Source: a virus (lineage: Duplodnaviria; Heunggongvirae; Uroviricota; Caudoviricetes). Taken from it: a stretch of 64,000 bases of DNA. Made by a program: the position numbers and the translations under genes. Location: positions 64,001 to 128,000 of the IMG/VR virus record IMGVR_UViG_3300032092_002720. One strand, 5' to 3'. Of the stretch, positions 1 through 9,319 are shown piece by piece (position 1 is the first letter of the stretch; every line of letters starts with the position of its first letter). The notes under the pieces are model-generated. The model did not search any database. It saw only the letters and a program-made list of their open reading frames with translations, and was not told the DNA's origin.

Positions 1-103
1 AAGGTATCAAATTTTCAATCTCAGTTATCGAATATTTGTGATGCTGAGCCAAAGCAAAGATCATACTATAGTAGTTTTGAAGCGAGTTGTGACTCAGCGC
101 CAC
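1..103 (-). CDS. gp51: Baseplate hub assembly protein gp51-like, partial (runs off window start)
   Basis: Not in the ORF track. My translation of the minus strand from GTG at 103 gives VALSHNSLQNYYSMIFALAQHHKYSITEIENLIP, matching the short gp51 of T4-like phages (QHHKYS.TEIEN.IP). It overlaps the gp26 stop in the -1 frame. Confidence 0.8.
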   Translation of the reverse strand, partial: MALSHNSLQNYYSMIFALAQHHKYSITEIENLIP

Positions 104-804
104 ATAAAAAAATCTTTGAGATTCGTTAACTCGATACTCCTATCATTACCAAGTTCATTTTTATATTCGATCTTATGATACAGCTTCGGCATCTTCTCAA
201 AGAACGTACGAATCTTTTCGAAAGAATTGACTGGCAATTGATCGAGAAACTCTTCGAGTTCTTTATCTGTATACTCAGAAGCAGGATAGATTTCTTCGTC
301 TGTCACGATAGTGTCAATGCAGTTGATAATAAAGAAAGTCATCAGATCGACTTCGTTGTCAAACTGTGTGATCTTATCGGTGATGCTCGCACTCGGATAT
401 TTCATGATCATTGAAATATTATCAGACAACTTAATAGTCGAGTCTACACCTTCTGGCATTTCGACTTCAATCGAATCGAGATTGAGTTCAAAGTCATAAA
501 CTTTGTCATCTTCGTTATCACGATAAGATAGCTTGACGATGTTGTTCACCGACTTCGCGCGAAGCTTTAAGAACAAATATTCAAGATCGAATGTCGTAAG
601 CTTATCGACATCAAAGTCTTCGTCTTGCACGCACAGTCTTAAGATCTGCTTGATGGCTCTGATCACATCAGTATCTTCTCCACCCTGTTGAGAGATCAAC
701 AAGATCTTTTCTTCTTTCACCAAGAATGGTCTGAAAAGAATTTTCTTCTTTGAAGAAGGGACAGTCACGTCAAAGAGTGGTTGATCGATTTTTGGTAAAG
801 GCAT
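94..804 (-). CDS. gp26: Baseplate hub subunit gp26
   Basis: N-terminus MPLPKI..P.F...VPS..KKI.FRPFLVKEEKILL, internal FD.EYLFLKLRAKSV and C-terminal L.DFF. AGGAG SD upstream. Confidence 0.9.
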   Translation of the reverse strand: MPLPKIDQPLFDVTVPSSKKKILFRPFLVKEEKILLISQQGGEDTDVIRAIKQILRLCVQDEDFDVDKLTTFDLEYLFLKLRAKSVNNIVKLSYRDNEDDKVYDFELNLDSIEVEMPEGVDSTIKLSDNISMIMKYPSASITDKITQFDNEVDLMTFFIINCIDTIVTDEEIYPASEYTDKELEEFLDQLPVNSFEKIRTFFEKMPKLYHKIEYKNELGNDRSIELTNLKDFFMWR

Positions 805-834
805 TATATATTCTCCTAGATTTAAAATTATGTA

Positions 835-2211
835 TTAAGCGCCTGGATTGATGCGCACTCCGAGAGTCGAGTAGTTTTTCGGCACCGGAACATCTGCAGT
901 TTGGTTTGTAGTTGGTGTACTTAATTGAACGGGTGTTACCGAGCCTCGAATTCTCCCAGCAAAATCGCCTATAATCGTAGTTTCATTCGTCAAGTTTGTA
1001 AGCTCAAGGCCTCTTCCAAGCGGAGAATTGAGAGTAGATAGCGGATTTCCGGGATCACCGACAACAAAAGTTCCGTCCGGATTTCTTCTTCTACCTGTTA
1101 CAATAATTTCGTCTTTAAACGACTTATCATCTACACGGGTCTTTGGCGGAATTCTATTGATTCGAAGATCAGTGAAAGAGAAAGTGATGTTCAGCTTCAT
1201 CAAAGTGTTTTCTTCGCTCCATGACATATTCATACTTTGTATTCCAGTAGGAAATACATCATATATATTGTACGTCATGACTTGGTTCTGAGCTCGGTCA
1301 TATACAAACACGTTTACGTTAGGACATGAGTATGTATCTTTATAGGCAATCTCGTAAGGTTTTCTTCCATTTTTAAGATTGTTGTTATTCATATTCGCGC
1401 CGCCAAAAGAGTCGCGATTGACGATGAGATTTAACCACTCTTCGAAGTATTCTATAACTAAAGCATTCTTATCGACGATGAATTGCAGAGTAAAATCTCC
1501 GACGTTTACACCATACGCAACGTTTTCGACTGGACCAAATCCATATCTTCGAATGTTTTGCTCTTGTAAGAGATTCACAGAAGGAAGAACGACGTTATCG
1601 CATCTCATCGTAAGAAGCGAGTCGAGATTCTGAGCACTAAATTTTGATCTCGTCCAGATCATCGGAGCAAAAACTACTAAGAAGCTGTGAGTAGGCAGTA
1701 CACTGTCGGCGCCAGAAACTTCTGCTCTAAATCGACCGATGTTGAACGTTCCTGTTGTGCGCGCACCTGTACTAAAAGCAGAATCAGAAGTTCTAGCTTT
1801 AGATATATTAGTAAGATTACCTTCAGAATCTCTTTCGAATAATTCTGAATTAGTATTAACACCTTCGCCTCTTAAACGCTCATCAATTACTGTTTTTGGA
1901 GCAGGCGCCCCAACTCCAGTGCCTGTCCCGGCGGCTGCACCCGCCGCGGCAGTCGAACGTGTAGGAGTTTCTTGTCTAGTAGAAGCGGCCGGTTGAGATC
2001 TCGTAGTTGCAGGTTGAACTCGAGGATCTGCTAGTCTGCCAAGTCTAACTAACTCTAAAGCTACTGGATCTCCGGAGGTAAGAACTTGTCCTACCGTTAT
2101 TGGACTTGAACTTTCTAGTATTCTTTCACGCTGTCGTAAAGTGATTTCACCGTATTGTGATTCCACTGGCTCACCGCGAGAGTTTTCTACGAAGTTAGGT
2201 CTATTTGACAT
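835..2211 (-). CDS. Baseplate tail-tube initiator gp54-like (tail-tube fold) with low-complexity extensions
   Basis: Central tube-family segment (RCDNVVLP...FTLQFIVD...FEEWLNLI...YNIYDVFPTGI..MNMSWS...KLNITFSF). Position next to gp26 and gp2. Confidence 0.7.
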   Translation of the reverse strand: MSNRPNFVENSRGEPVESQYGEITLRQRERILESSSPITVGQVLTSGDPVALELVRLGRLADPRVQPATTRSQPAASTRQETPTRSTAAAGAAAGTGTGVGAPAPKTVIDERLRGEGVNTNSELFERDSEGNLTNISKARTSDSAFSTGARTTGTFNIGRFRAEVSGADSVLPTHSFLVVFAPMIWTRSKFSAQNLDSLLTMRCDNVVLPSVNLLQEQNIRRYGFGPVENVAYGVNVGDFTLQFIVDKNALVIEYFEEWLNLIVNRDSFGGANMNNNNLKNGRKPYEIAYKDTYSCPNVNVFVYDRAQNQVMTYNIYDVFPTGIQSMNMSWSEENTLMKLNITFSFTDLRINRIPPKTRVDDKSFKDEIIVTGRRRNPDGTFVVGDPGNPLSTLNSPLGRGLELTNLTNETTIIGDFAGRIRGSVTPVQLSTPTTNQTADVPVPKNYSTLGVRINPGA

Positions 2212-2810
2212 TACTTAGTAACTCCTAGCATTCTTTTCGTATCCATCCAAACTTGATTCTTTCTTGCTTTGACGAAACGTTCTGTTGGTAAGAAGAGCGC
2301 GATATCCCATTCAGATGGATAAACGTACATAAACTTTGACTGTACGTGCGAAGTCAAGTAATGCTTGATGCATGGAGCATACCATCTTAGCTTTGCGGCC
2401 TGTGTCATGAGTTCATAGCTAAGTTTCAGGCGAGTCGACTCGTCGTAACGAGTATTGTTTGCAAAGTCATATAAGCCGTCCATCAACTTCGCTCTGAGTT
2501 GTAACGGCAAGTAGTGTAAGTTGAGTCCCATAAATCCACCTTTGACCTTCTTATATGGAAAGATCAGAGGAAATCTATCGTAGTATGGAAGCTCTTCTTT
2601 GTGTTTTGGATCATAGTAAAACATGTACATTGATCCGAGCAGAGGCTGAGTGGTCATACGTACTGTATCACCCTTCATCATCTCACGCTCATTGATACGG
2701 TTCATTTTGCCAGCAGTATCTCTGAACCACTCACGCGCAGTGTTAGTACGCGCTGGTATTTGGCCAGCACGGACACCTTGAGTAATGATACTATCAAAGA
2801 CTGTTGCCAT
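2211..2810 (-). CDS. gp2: DNA end protector protein gp2
   Basis: MYMFYYDPKHKEELPYYDRFPL and GLNLHYLP motifs, adjacent to gp4. Confidence 0.92.
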   Translation of the reverse strand: MATVFDSIITQGVRAGQIPARTNTAREWFRDTAGKMNRINEREMMKGDTVRMTTQPLLGSMYMFYYDPKHKEELPYYDRFPLIFPYKKVKGGFMGLNLHYLPLQLRAKLMDGLYDFANNTRYDESTRLKLSYELMTQAAKLRWYAPCIKHYLTSHVQSKFMYVYPSEWDIALFLPTERFVKARKNQVWMDTKRMLGVTK

Positions 2811-3250
2811 TAAAACTTAATTCCTAATTCTTTTTCGGTCAGTATATCGAACTTCCAACCTCGATCATTACAAAATACTGCTGCAGCTTTCCATTTGGCT
2901 TCGTTGACACCCCATGTCATGACTTCATTAATATAACGCTTATTAGGCTTATTTATCACCACTGGAGGCCGCGTCTGCGCATGAGGTTTTATTTCAACCA
3001 CCACAGTATCAATCTTACCTTCTGGATTTTTCTTCTTGACAATAAAGTCTGGAAAGTATCGATGTACTCGATTGTCAATAGGAGAACGATATGGGATGAC
3101 GAGTTCTTCACTTCCCCATTGCACGACATTAGGATGGGAATCTAAGTACATCATGAACTTTAATTCCCACCGACTACGATATATGATATTGTTCGAGTCT
3201 CCGATATACTTCTTTGTATTCTTTGGTCGAAACTTTCCCTGATAAGCCAT
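2810..3250 (-). CDS. gp4: Head completion nuclease gp4
   Basis: Starts MAYQGKFRPKN..KY.GD..NIIYRS.WE and contains YFPDF and EIKP (PD-(D/E)xK type). The true start is the ATG at 3250, not the ORF-track start. Confidence 0.92.
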   Translation of the reverse strand: MAYQGKFRPKNTKKYIGDSNNIIYRSRWELKFMMYLDSHPNVVQWGSEELVIPYRSPIDNRVHRYFPDFIVKKKNPEGKIDTVVVEIKPHAQTRPPVVINKPNKRYINEVMTWGVNEAKWKAAAVFCNDRGWKFDILTEKELGIKF

Positions 3251-3255
3251 GAATC

Positions 3256-3267
3256 TATTTATAAATA
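3256..3267. promoter_or_regulatory. Overlapping divergent T4-type late promoters
   Basis: TATTTATAAATA is a perfect palindrome containing TATAAATA on both strands, between divergent gp4 and gp48. Confidence 0.8.
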
Positions 3268-3296
3268 AGATGTAGCCTTTTAATTTGAGAGATAAC

Positions 3297-4562
3297 ATGG
3301 CCGGAAGAGATAATCGACTAGTAAATTTAGATAGTCTTAAGAGAGACGCGGGTGGTCTGGTAAACAGAGCCGTAAGGAATTTTACTAATAAACTCGAAGA
3401 CAAACTTGAGAACGCAGTCGAGGATCTTTTTGCCAAAGCATTAAAGAAGGTAGGATTTTCTGATAGACTTGCATCAGAGCTTTCAGCGCGCTTCGGAGAT
3501 TCTTTAACTGCTGGACTCGAAGACAAGTATTTCCAAACATTTACGAGCGAGATGAAGAGAGCATCGTGTGCCGACATTCGTAATAACTTTAATCCGCAGA
3601 ACGGTAATCTTATCGGAGCTTCTCCTAACGCTGAAACATATGTCGACGCTATTCAAAGAGCTTCAAATAAGATTGAAGGTCTTGGTCTGTCAGGAATGCA
3701 ATTCCCTGATCATATCAGTGAGAAGTATTACATGGCATTTAAGTTTAAGAGATATCAGCGACCTTCTCCTCAAACTGCGGCAACTCTTGACTTTGTACAA
3801 GCATTTGCTCTTCCTCTACCGAAAGGCATAAGAGAAAGTTTCGACATTGAAGTTGGCCAAGAATCACAGGGCTTGGCAGGCGGTATTGCGGATGCTGCTC
3901 AATTATATTTGGCTTCTTCAGATGGCGCAGGTAAAACTCAAGCATTAAAAAATGCTGCAGCTGCTCTAGCTTATGGTCAATTGGTGCAAGCAGCCGAAAA
4001 GATAGGCGGTAGCACGATAGGCCAAGCAGTCGGTGCTGTTCCAAATCCTCACATTCAAGCGCTGTTTAGTGGTGTTCCTCTTCGTACACATCGATTCGAA
4101 TGGACTTTTGCGCCTCGAAATGAGAAAGAAAGCCAACAGCTGATGGATCTGCTAAAAGCGATGAAAGCTTATGCGCTACCATCATACAGTAGCTTAGGTA
4201 CTGCTGCACTCGCTTATCCATTCTTGTGTCAGCCAGAACTGAAGATTGCTGGTAGTGCACAGTTAATTAAGTTCCAGCCGTGCTTGATTCAAAGTATCGA
4301 ATTGAACTATTCGCCGCAAGGAATTCCTGCATTCTTCGAAGGCACAAGCCATCCTGCGTTTATCGAAGTTTCAATCACAATGCTTGAAACTCAAATTCAA
4401 ACATCGCGAGATTACGGAAGAGAAGGCGGTGATCGTCTTAGCGCGACATGGGAAACGCTGAAAGGTGAGTTGCAAAAAGGCCTTGATAAGGCTGAGATAC
4501 CTTTCAATATCGATGAAAAGATGAACGAAGGAACAGACGCCATAAGAAACGCTTTAAACTAA
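3297..4562 (+). CDS. gp48: Baseplate tail-tube cap gp48-like
   Basis: ALPLPK, NPH...LF.GV.LRTH.FEWTFAPRNEKES, YP, KF.PC.I.SI..NYSP motifs. Start placed at ATG 3297 after GAGATAAC. Confidence 0.82.
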   Translation: MAGRDNRLVNLDSLKRDAGGLVNRAVRNFTNKLEDKLENAVEDLFAKALKKVGFSDRLASELSARFGDSLTAGLEDKYFQTFTSEMKRASCADIRNNFNPQNGNLIGASPNAETYVDAIQRASNKIEGLGLSGMQFPDHISEKYYMAFKFKRYQRPSPQTAATLDFVQAFALPLPKGIRESFDIEVGQESQGLAGGIADAAQLYLASSDGAGKTQALKNAAAALAYGQLVQAAEKIGGSTIGQAVGAVPNPHIQALFSGVPLRTHRFEWTFAPRNEKESQQLMDLLKAMKAYALPSYSSLGTAALAYPFLCQPELKIAGSAQLIKFQPCLIQSIELNYSPQGIPAFFEGTSHPAFIEVSITMLETQIQTSRDYGREGGDRLSATWETLKGELQKGLDKAEIPFNIDEKMNEGTDAIRNALN

Positions 4563-4574
4563 GAGGAAACTAAG

Positions 4575-5417
4575 ATGGCAAGATATTTTGATAGATTTCC
4601 TATTGTAGACTATGACGGCAGCGTTGCCAAGAACATCTTGGCGCGAGTAGATTTTACTGAAAAGACGAAGAGAGATATTTACTCTACCTTCCAATTTACG
4701 CTCGAAGAAGGCTTCGAGAGACCAGATCTTTTGTCTTATAACTATTATGGATCTTCGAAGTTTGATTGGATGATTTATCTTACGAACAATATCGTGGATC
4801 CTTATTACGACTACTATAAATCTACAGAAGATTTTAAGAATTACATGGAAACAAAGTATGGATCCAATTCGAATGCTCGATCGATTACTCTCTTCTATCG
4901 ATTAAACTGGCATGAAGACGAAAGACTTATTACGATTCAGCAGTATGATTCTCTTATTGCAGATGAAACTGCTAACGCGCGGAAGTATTGGAAGCCTAAA
5001 CTTACAAATACTGGCGCGGTGATCGGTTACGAAAGAATCAAAGAAGAGTGGATAGTATCTACAAATAAAGTATTATCATTGTCTCTGTCTGTCGTCCCAA
5101 CTGGATTCGAAGTTGGAGATAGAGTGTCTCAGACGAGTACTGGAGCATTTGCTACAATCGACTATATTGATCTTGAAAACAATCGCCTGACTGTAAAACA
5201 TGTAAGTGGTACATTTGCAGTGAATGCAGCCGAAGGAATAAGTGAAATAAAAGTATTAAGTCAAAATATACCAGACGCCGAAGCCGAATATTGGTATGCA
5301 GTCAATGCATATGATGATGAGAAAGAAACAAACGAACTCAAGAAAAATGTAGTTGTGTTAAAGTCTTCTTATTTAGCAGAAGTAGAAAAACAATTCATTC
5401 AACAAATAAGCACATAA
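4575..5417 (+). CDS. gp53: Baseplate wedge protein gp53
   Basis: M..YF..FP.VDY start, ERPDLLSY.YYGSS...WMI...NNIVDPY, C-terminal AYD.E.E.NE.K. Confidence 0.88.
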   Translation: MARYFDRFPIVDYDGSVAKNILARVDFTEKTKRDIYSTFQFTLEEGFERPDLLSYNYYGSSKFDWMIYLTNNIVDPYYDYYKSTEDFKNYMETKYGSNSNARSITLFYRLNWHEDERLITIQQYDSLIADETANARKYWKPKLTNTGAVIGYERIKEEWIVSTNKVLSLSLSVVPTGFEVGDRVSQTSTGAFATIDYIDLENNRLTVKHVSGTFAVNAAEGISEIKVLSQNIPDAEAEYWYAVNAYDDEKETNELKKNVVVLKSSYLAEVEKQFIQQIST

Positions 5418-5418
5418 T

Positions 5419-6708
5419 ATGACTTCTATTAGAGACGGACAGTTTAAACTCAATGAGTTTTTAATGATTGATGCCACAGCTAAAACTGTTGATTGTGGCA
5501 AGGCACTTGATTTGACTCCTGTCTGTGTGCAAGCAAATATATATGAATCTGTATTGAATCCAACCGTGCTCGCAGAGTTCGAATTCTATGATGCAAAGGG
5601 AATGTTCAATCACTTTGTTTTCACAGATAAAAGAATTGTAATTGATTTTACGACAGACGAAGAGAATCCAAAATCTTCTATTCGATACGAGCTTTATATC
5701 GTAGCTGTTGACTCTGTTATTCCTACTAACGATGACAAGGCCGTCGTCTATAAACTTTCGTGCGTGACATATGAAGTATGGAAATCAGCCACTATTCGTA
5801 ATCTGCCGCTTGTCAGAAAAAAGATAGAATGCGAAAAGATGGTGAAAGCATATTTGCAAGCCATCGATTCTGCCAAACCGCTGTTCGCCGAAAAAACGCG
5901 TGGGCTACATGCTTTCAACTTTACTGAAAAGACTCCGATCGAGTGTATCGATCAAATTCGATTAGAATATGCCATGTCTCAAGAATTCCAAGGACATGCA
6001 TTTTACTTCTTTGAAAACAAGTACGGCTTTGTTTTTAAGAGCATGGAAATGTTAATCAAAGAAGGCAAAGAGAATATCGGCGACAAGTGTTTCATGCAAT
6101 CTGGATTAACAAATTTGAACGTATCTGGTTCAAAGTGGAGAAACATTCTAGCGACGAAGCTCATTCAAAACGGTAATCAGGGCATTGCCAGAAGAATTGG
6201 TGCAGGAAGCAATTTGGTCAAGCTGAAGAACAGTGTTACTGGGGAAATTGTTAATTTCCAAACTAACCCAAAAAATCTAGAATTTGAGACGCTGAATGAA
6301 AAATCTGTTTCTTCAAGTCTCAGAACTCAAGATGAAATAAGCAAAGACGAAGGAAACATTCAGATTGTTCCCTTCGATCCAAGAACCGAAAATGCAGAAC
6401 GAGCTGAAAAGAAAAACCAACTGCCATATTATATGGCGCACTTCTTAACTACGATTACTCACATTACAATCTATGGTGATAGTGCTATTTCTGCAGGCGA
6501 TGTCATTAAATGTCAATTTCCTGAACCGAGTGGTATTACAAGAGGAGAAACATCTCCGATTAACGAAGACAGCACGATGACGACTGGTAATTACATCATT
6601 ACGAAGTGCAGACATATTCTGACTTTCAATGAAAAGGCAGAGTATATGCAAGCTTTTGAGCTTGTAAAAGATGGCATCGGTGGATTGCCGCAAACACATA
6701 CAAACTGA
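5419..6708 (+). CDS. Putative baseplate hub protein (gp27/Mu gp44-like)
   Basis: Lies between gp53 and gp5. N-terminal IYES....G-type start and C-terminal GD..I.AGDVI...GNYII.K.RH resemble hub proteins. Confidence 0.6.
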   Translation: MTSIRDGQFKLNEFLMIDATAKTVDCGKALDLTPVCVQANIYESVLNPTVLAEFEFYDAKGMFNHFVFTDKRIVIDFTTDEENPKSSIRYELYIVAVDSVIPTNDDKAVVYKLSCVTYEVWKSATIRNLPLVRKKIECEKMVKAYLQAIDSAKPLFAEKTRGLHAFNFTEKTPIECIDQIRLEYAMSQEFQGHAFYFFENKYGFVFKSMEMLIKEGKENIGDKCFMQSGLTNLNVSGSKWRNILATKLIQNGNQGIARRIGAGSNLVKLKNSVTGEIVNFQTNPKNLEFETLNEKSVSSSLRTQDEISKDEGNIQIVPFDPRTENAERAEKKNQLPYYMAHFLTTITHITIYGDSAISAGDVIKCQFPEPSGITRGETSPINEDSTMTTGNYIITKCRHILTFNEKAEYMQAFELVKDGIGGLPQTHTN

Positions 6709-6717
6709 GGATGATAG

Positions 6718-7527
6718 ATGCAAAATCTAAGAGTTTTTGAAGGCATAGTAGCTGAAGATCCAACTTCAGATCTTGGATTAGAAGCTGATGAGCCACAGAC
6801 AGGCAGAGTATTAGTCAGAGAAATCTTAGGACATTCCGACAGAGTGAGTTCCGAAGATCTTTTGCCGGCTTACATTATGATGCCTACTACTAGCGCAGGC
6901 GTTTCAGGAATTGGACTGAGTCCTACTGGTCTTCTAAAGGGATCTCGTGTCATGTGCATGGAACTCCCTGGTCAGGCAGCCGTGTATATTTTTGGTGTAC
7001 TAAATTATGCTCCTGAAGATAACCATAGCGTATCATCTTATGCTCGAGGTCAAGGCGAACCAGAAGAAAAGACTCGTAATCGCGTTAAAAAGAGTGACGG
7101 TTTTGATATTGAACCAGCATCGAAATACAAAGCGAGATATCCTTATAACAATACTATGACTACTCGTAGTGGTCACATCTTAGAGTTCGATGATACTCCT
7201 GGATCAGAGCGTGTACAAGTTTATCATAAGTCAGGATCTTATCTCGAGATCTTGCCAGATGGCACTATTGTGACAAAGTCAGTAAAAGATTATGTTCAAT
7301 TGGCTGCCGGTAATATGACAATCTTCAATGTCGGAGACGAGAAAGGTGATCAGAATATCGAGATCACATGTAACCAAGGTAAGATTGTTATCACTGCCCA
7401 ATCAGATCTCGACATCTATGCAAACGAAGGTAACGTAGGGATCTATGCAAATAATGGCAGCGTACAAGTCGTATCAAAATCCGGCGTAGTAGATATTCAA
7501 GCCGCTCTTGTTGGAATCAATGCATGA
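6718..7527 (+). CDS. gp5: Baseplate central spike gp5 (OB-fold plus beta-helix, no lysozyme domain)
   Basis: N-terminal OB-fold (G.V..D....GRV.VR...H) and YPYN....T.SGH..EFDDTPG.ER....H.SG motif. Only 269 aa. Confidence 0.88.
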   Translation: MQNLRVFEGIVAEDPTSDLGLEADEPQTGRVLVREILGHSDRVSSEDLLPAYIMMPTTSAGVSGIGLSPTGLLKGSRVMCMELPGQAAVYIFGVLNYAPEDNHSVSSYARGQGEPEEKTRNRVKKSDGFDIEPASKYKARYPYNNTMTTRSGHILEFDDTPGSERVQVYHKSGSYLEILPDGTIVTKSVKDYVQLAAGNMTIFNVGDEKGDQNIEITCNQGKIVITAQSDLDIYANEGNVGIYANNGSVQVVSKSGVVDIQAALVGINA

Positions 7528-8843
7528 GAGCGATAGTTTATGTTCCAGAAGTGCCGGGTTTAGAATGCAGCGCAAGCGGAAAGATATCTTTTCGTCAGCT
7601 AGAAGATTACTTCGTAGGTATCTCAAAGATTATTAGTCAGCTTAAACTGCAAGCGAAGTTTATTCAAGACGAGTGCGGCAAAGAATTGATTCAGGCTATT
7701 CGCGACATCGAAAAGCTGGTTGATGATATTACTGGAATTCTAATGACTGATGTCTTTAAGAAGATCAAGTCTAAAGAACAGGAGATGAAGTACAAAGTTC
7801 GTGAGTTCATGAAAGAAATCGACGTGTGGTTTCAGAAGAAGATCGTCGAAGCCTTGCTCAAGATTATTAGTATTCTTGGTATTCCGAACGTATTGCAAAC
7901 TCCAATTCCATTCATTACTGCTGTTACACTTATCGATGAAAACGGTAATCCTGTCCGTTATCAGCCTGTGATCAAGGACTTCTTTACGAAGGAAGGTAAA
8001 GTCAAGATCAAGGCTGCTATGGCAGAGGACATCGAATCGATTCGTAAGTTCTTTGGCGATGGCAAATATGACGGCACTTTAGGCATCAAGAGTCCTGAAC
8101 ACGAAGCAGAAGAATTCTGGCAGAAAGCTTTGCGCTGGATGAAAGAACTGCTAAGCGATTTCATTGCCGCATGCATCAATGCAATGATTAGTTTACTGAC
8201 TAAGATTCCTATCATCGGTCCTATTATTAAAAAGCTCGGTGTATTCATTGATCCTACGAAGCCTATTAAAGAACAGTTGAAACTCAAGTATGAAGAGTTT
8301 AAACAAAAAATTAAGAAGGCCAAAGAAGATGTCTTATCTGGAAAGGCTTTTGAAGATCTCGGTGAAAAGATACTTGAAGAACTGATAGACTTTGTCTTGA
8401 ATCTGCCGATCCCATTATTTGGAACACTCGGCAATCTAATTGGTTTCGATAAAGAACAGCGTAAGAAGAAAGAAACGATTCACTCGAAAGAAGAATTGTG
8501 GCATCGAATTGAAGATGCATTCGAAGATGCCATGGAAAAGATCAAGAAGTTCTTTCAAACAGATTTACTGGCAAAGATACATGATATCATATTGAAAGCT
8601 CCAGGTTGGATCCTCAATCAGTTTCCAATCGTAAAGAAAATCGTAAAGGCAATCAAGCTGATCATCGATGTTTGCCGCGGTAAAGTATCAATATGCGAGG
8701 TTTTAAATATCATTTTGAAACCGATATTCAGTATTCCAGACGCAATCTTACAATTAATTCCGAATTGCATCGAAGTAAAAAGAACGAAGTACGGATTAGA
8801 ACCGAATCCTGAAGTATCTCCACAGTGGGCGAAACCGGCATGA
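7524..8843 (+). CDS. Hypothetical Ile/Lys-rich helical protein
   Basis: 439-aa ORF with ATGA overlaps on both sides. No family recognised. Confidence 0.75.
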   Translation: MRAIVYVPEVPGLECSASGKISFRQLEDYFVGISKIISQLKLQAKFIQDECGKELIQAIRDIEKLVDDITGILMTDVFKKIKSKEQEMKYKVREFMKEIDVWFQKKIVEALLKIISILGIPNVLQTPIPFITAVTLIDENGNPVRYQPVIKDFFTKEGKVKIKAAMAEDIESIRKFFGDGKYDGTLGIKSPEHEAEEFWQKALRWMKELLSDFIAACINAMISLLTKIPIIGPIIKKLGVFIDPTKPIKEQLKLKYEEFKQKIKKAKEDVLSGKAFEDLGEKILEELIDFVLNLPIPLFGTLGNLIGFDKEQRKKKETIHSKEELWHRIEDAFEDAMEKIKKFFQTDLLAKIHDIILKAPGWILNQFPIVKKIVKAIKLIIDVCRGKVSICEVLNIILKPIFSIPDAILQLIPNCIEVKRTKYGLEPNPEVSPQWAKPA

Positions 8844-9298
8844 CAGATCAATATATGATTTCTGAGAATGGATATTTCTTTACGGATATCAATGCTCCGA
8901 CTCCAGAGGTGGCTTCTTATGGAGATTTAAATCCTCCTGCTCCACCGCCTTTTACTGTTCCAGAACCAGGAGTTACTACGCTTGATGATGGAAAAGTAGT
9001 AAGATACGAAGACAGTGAAATGATCATGAACTACTTTGTGTATGATGGCAGTGATAAGCTCGTTTCATATCTCGAAACGAACAAAGCGACTGGAATCATG
9101 ATACAATATACCTTTACTCGAACAGTTGGTCCGCCGCTCGATGCCATTGGAAGCAACGAAGATTATCAAAACTTTGCTGCAACTGGGCAAGTGGAAGGTC
9201 TAAACGACGATGTGCCTAACGCTTCTATCGAAAACTATAGCGTTACAGAGACACGAATAGCGTCAATTGGACCACACGGCGAACTGATTCCAGCATAA
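8840..9298 (+). CDS. Hypothetical protein
   Basis: ATGA overlap with the upstream gene suggests a start at 8840. Confidence 0.65.
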   Translation: MTDQYMISENGYFFTDINAPTPEVASYGDLNPPAPPPFTVPEPGVTTLDDGKVVRYEDSEMIMNYFVYDGSDKLVSYLETNKATGIMIQYTFTRTVGPPLDAIGSNEDYQNFAATGQVEGLNDDVPNASIENYSVTETRIASIGPHGELIPA

Positions 9299-9319
9299 AT
9301 AAGATAAAAGCAGGGTAAT

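Noticed and set aside
3251-3577. 109-aa N-terminal extension of gp4 in the ORF track
   Set aside because: It is antisense to gp48 and crosses the promoter. gp4 homology starts at MAYQGKF (3250).
7524-8843. Tape measure protein call
   Set aside because: It is helical but short for a T4-type tail and has no recognisable motifs. Left as hypothetical.
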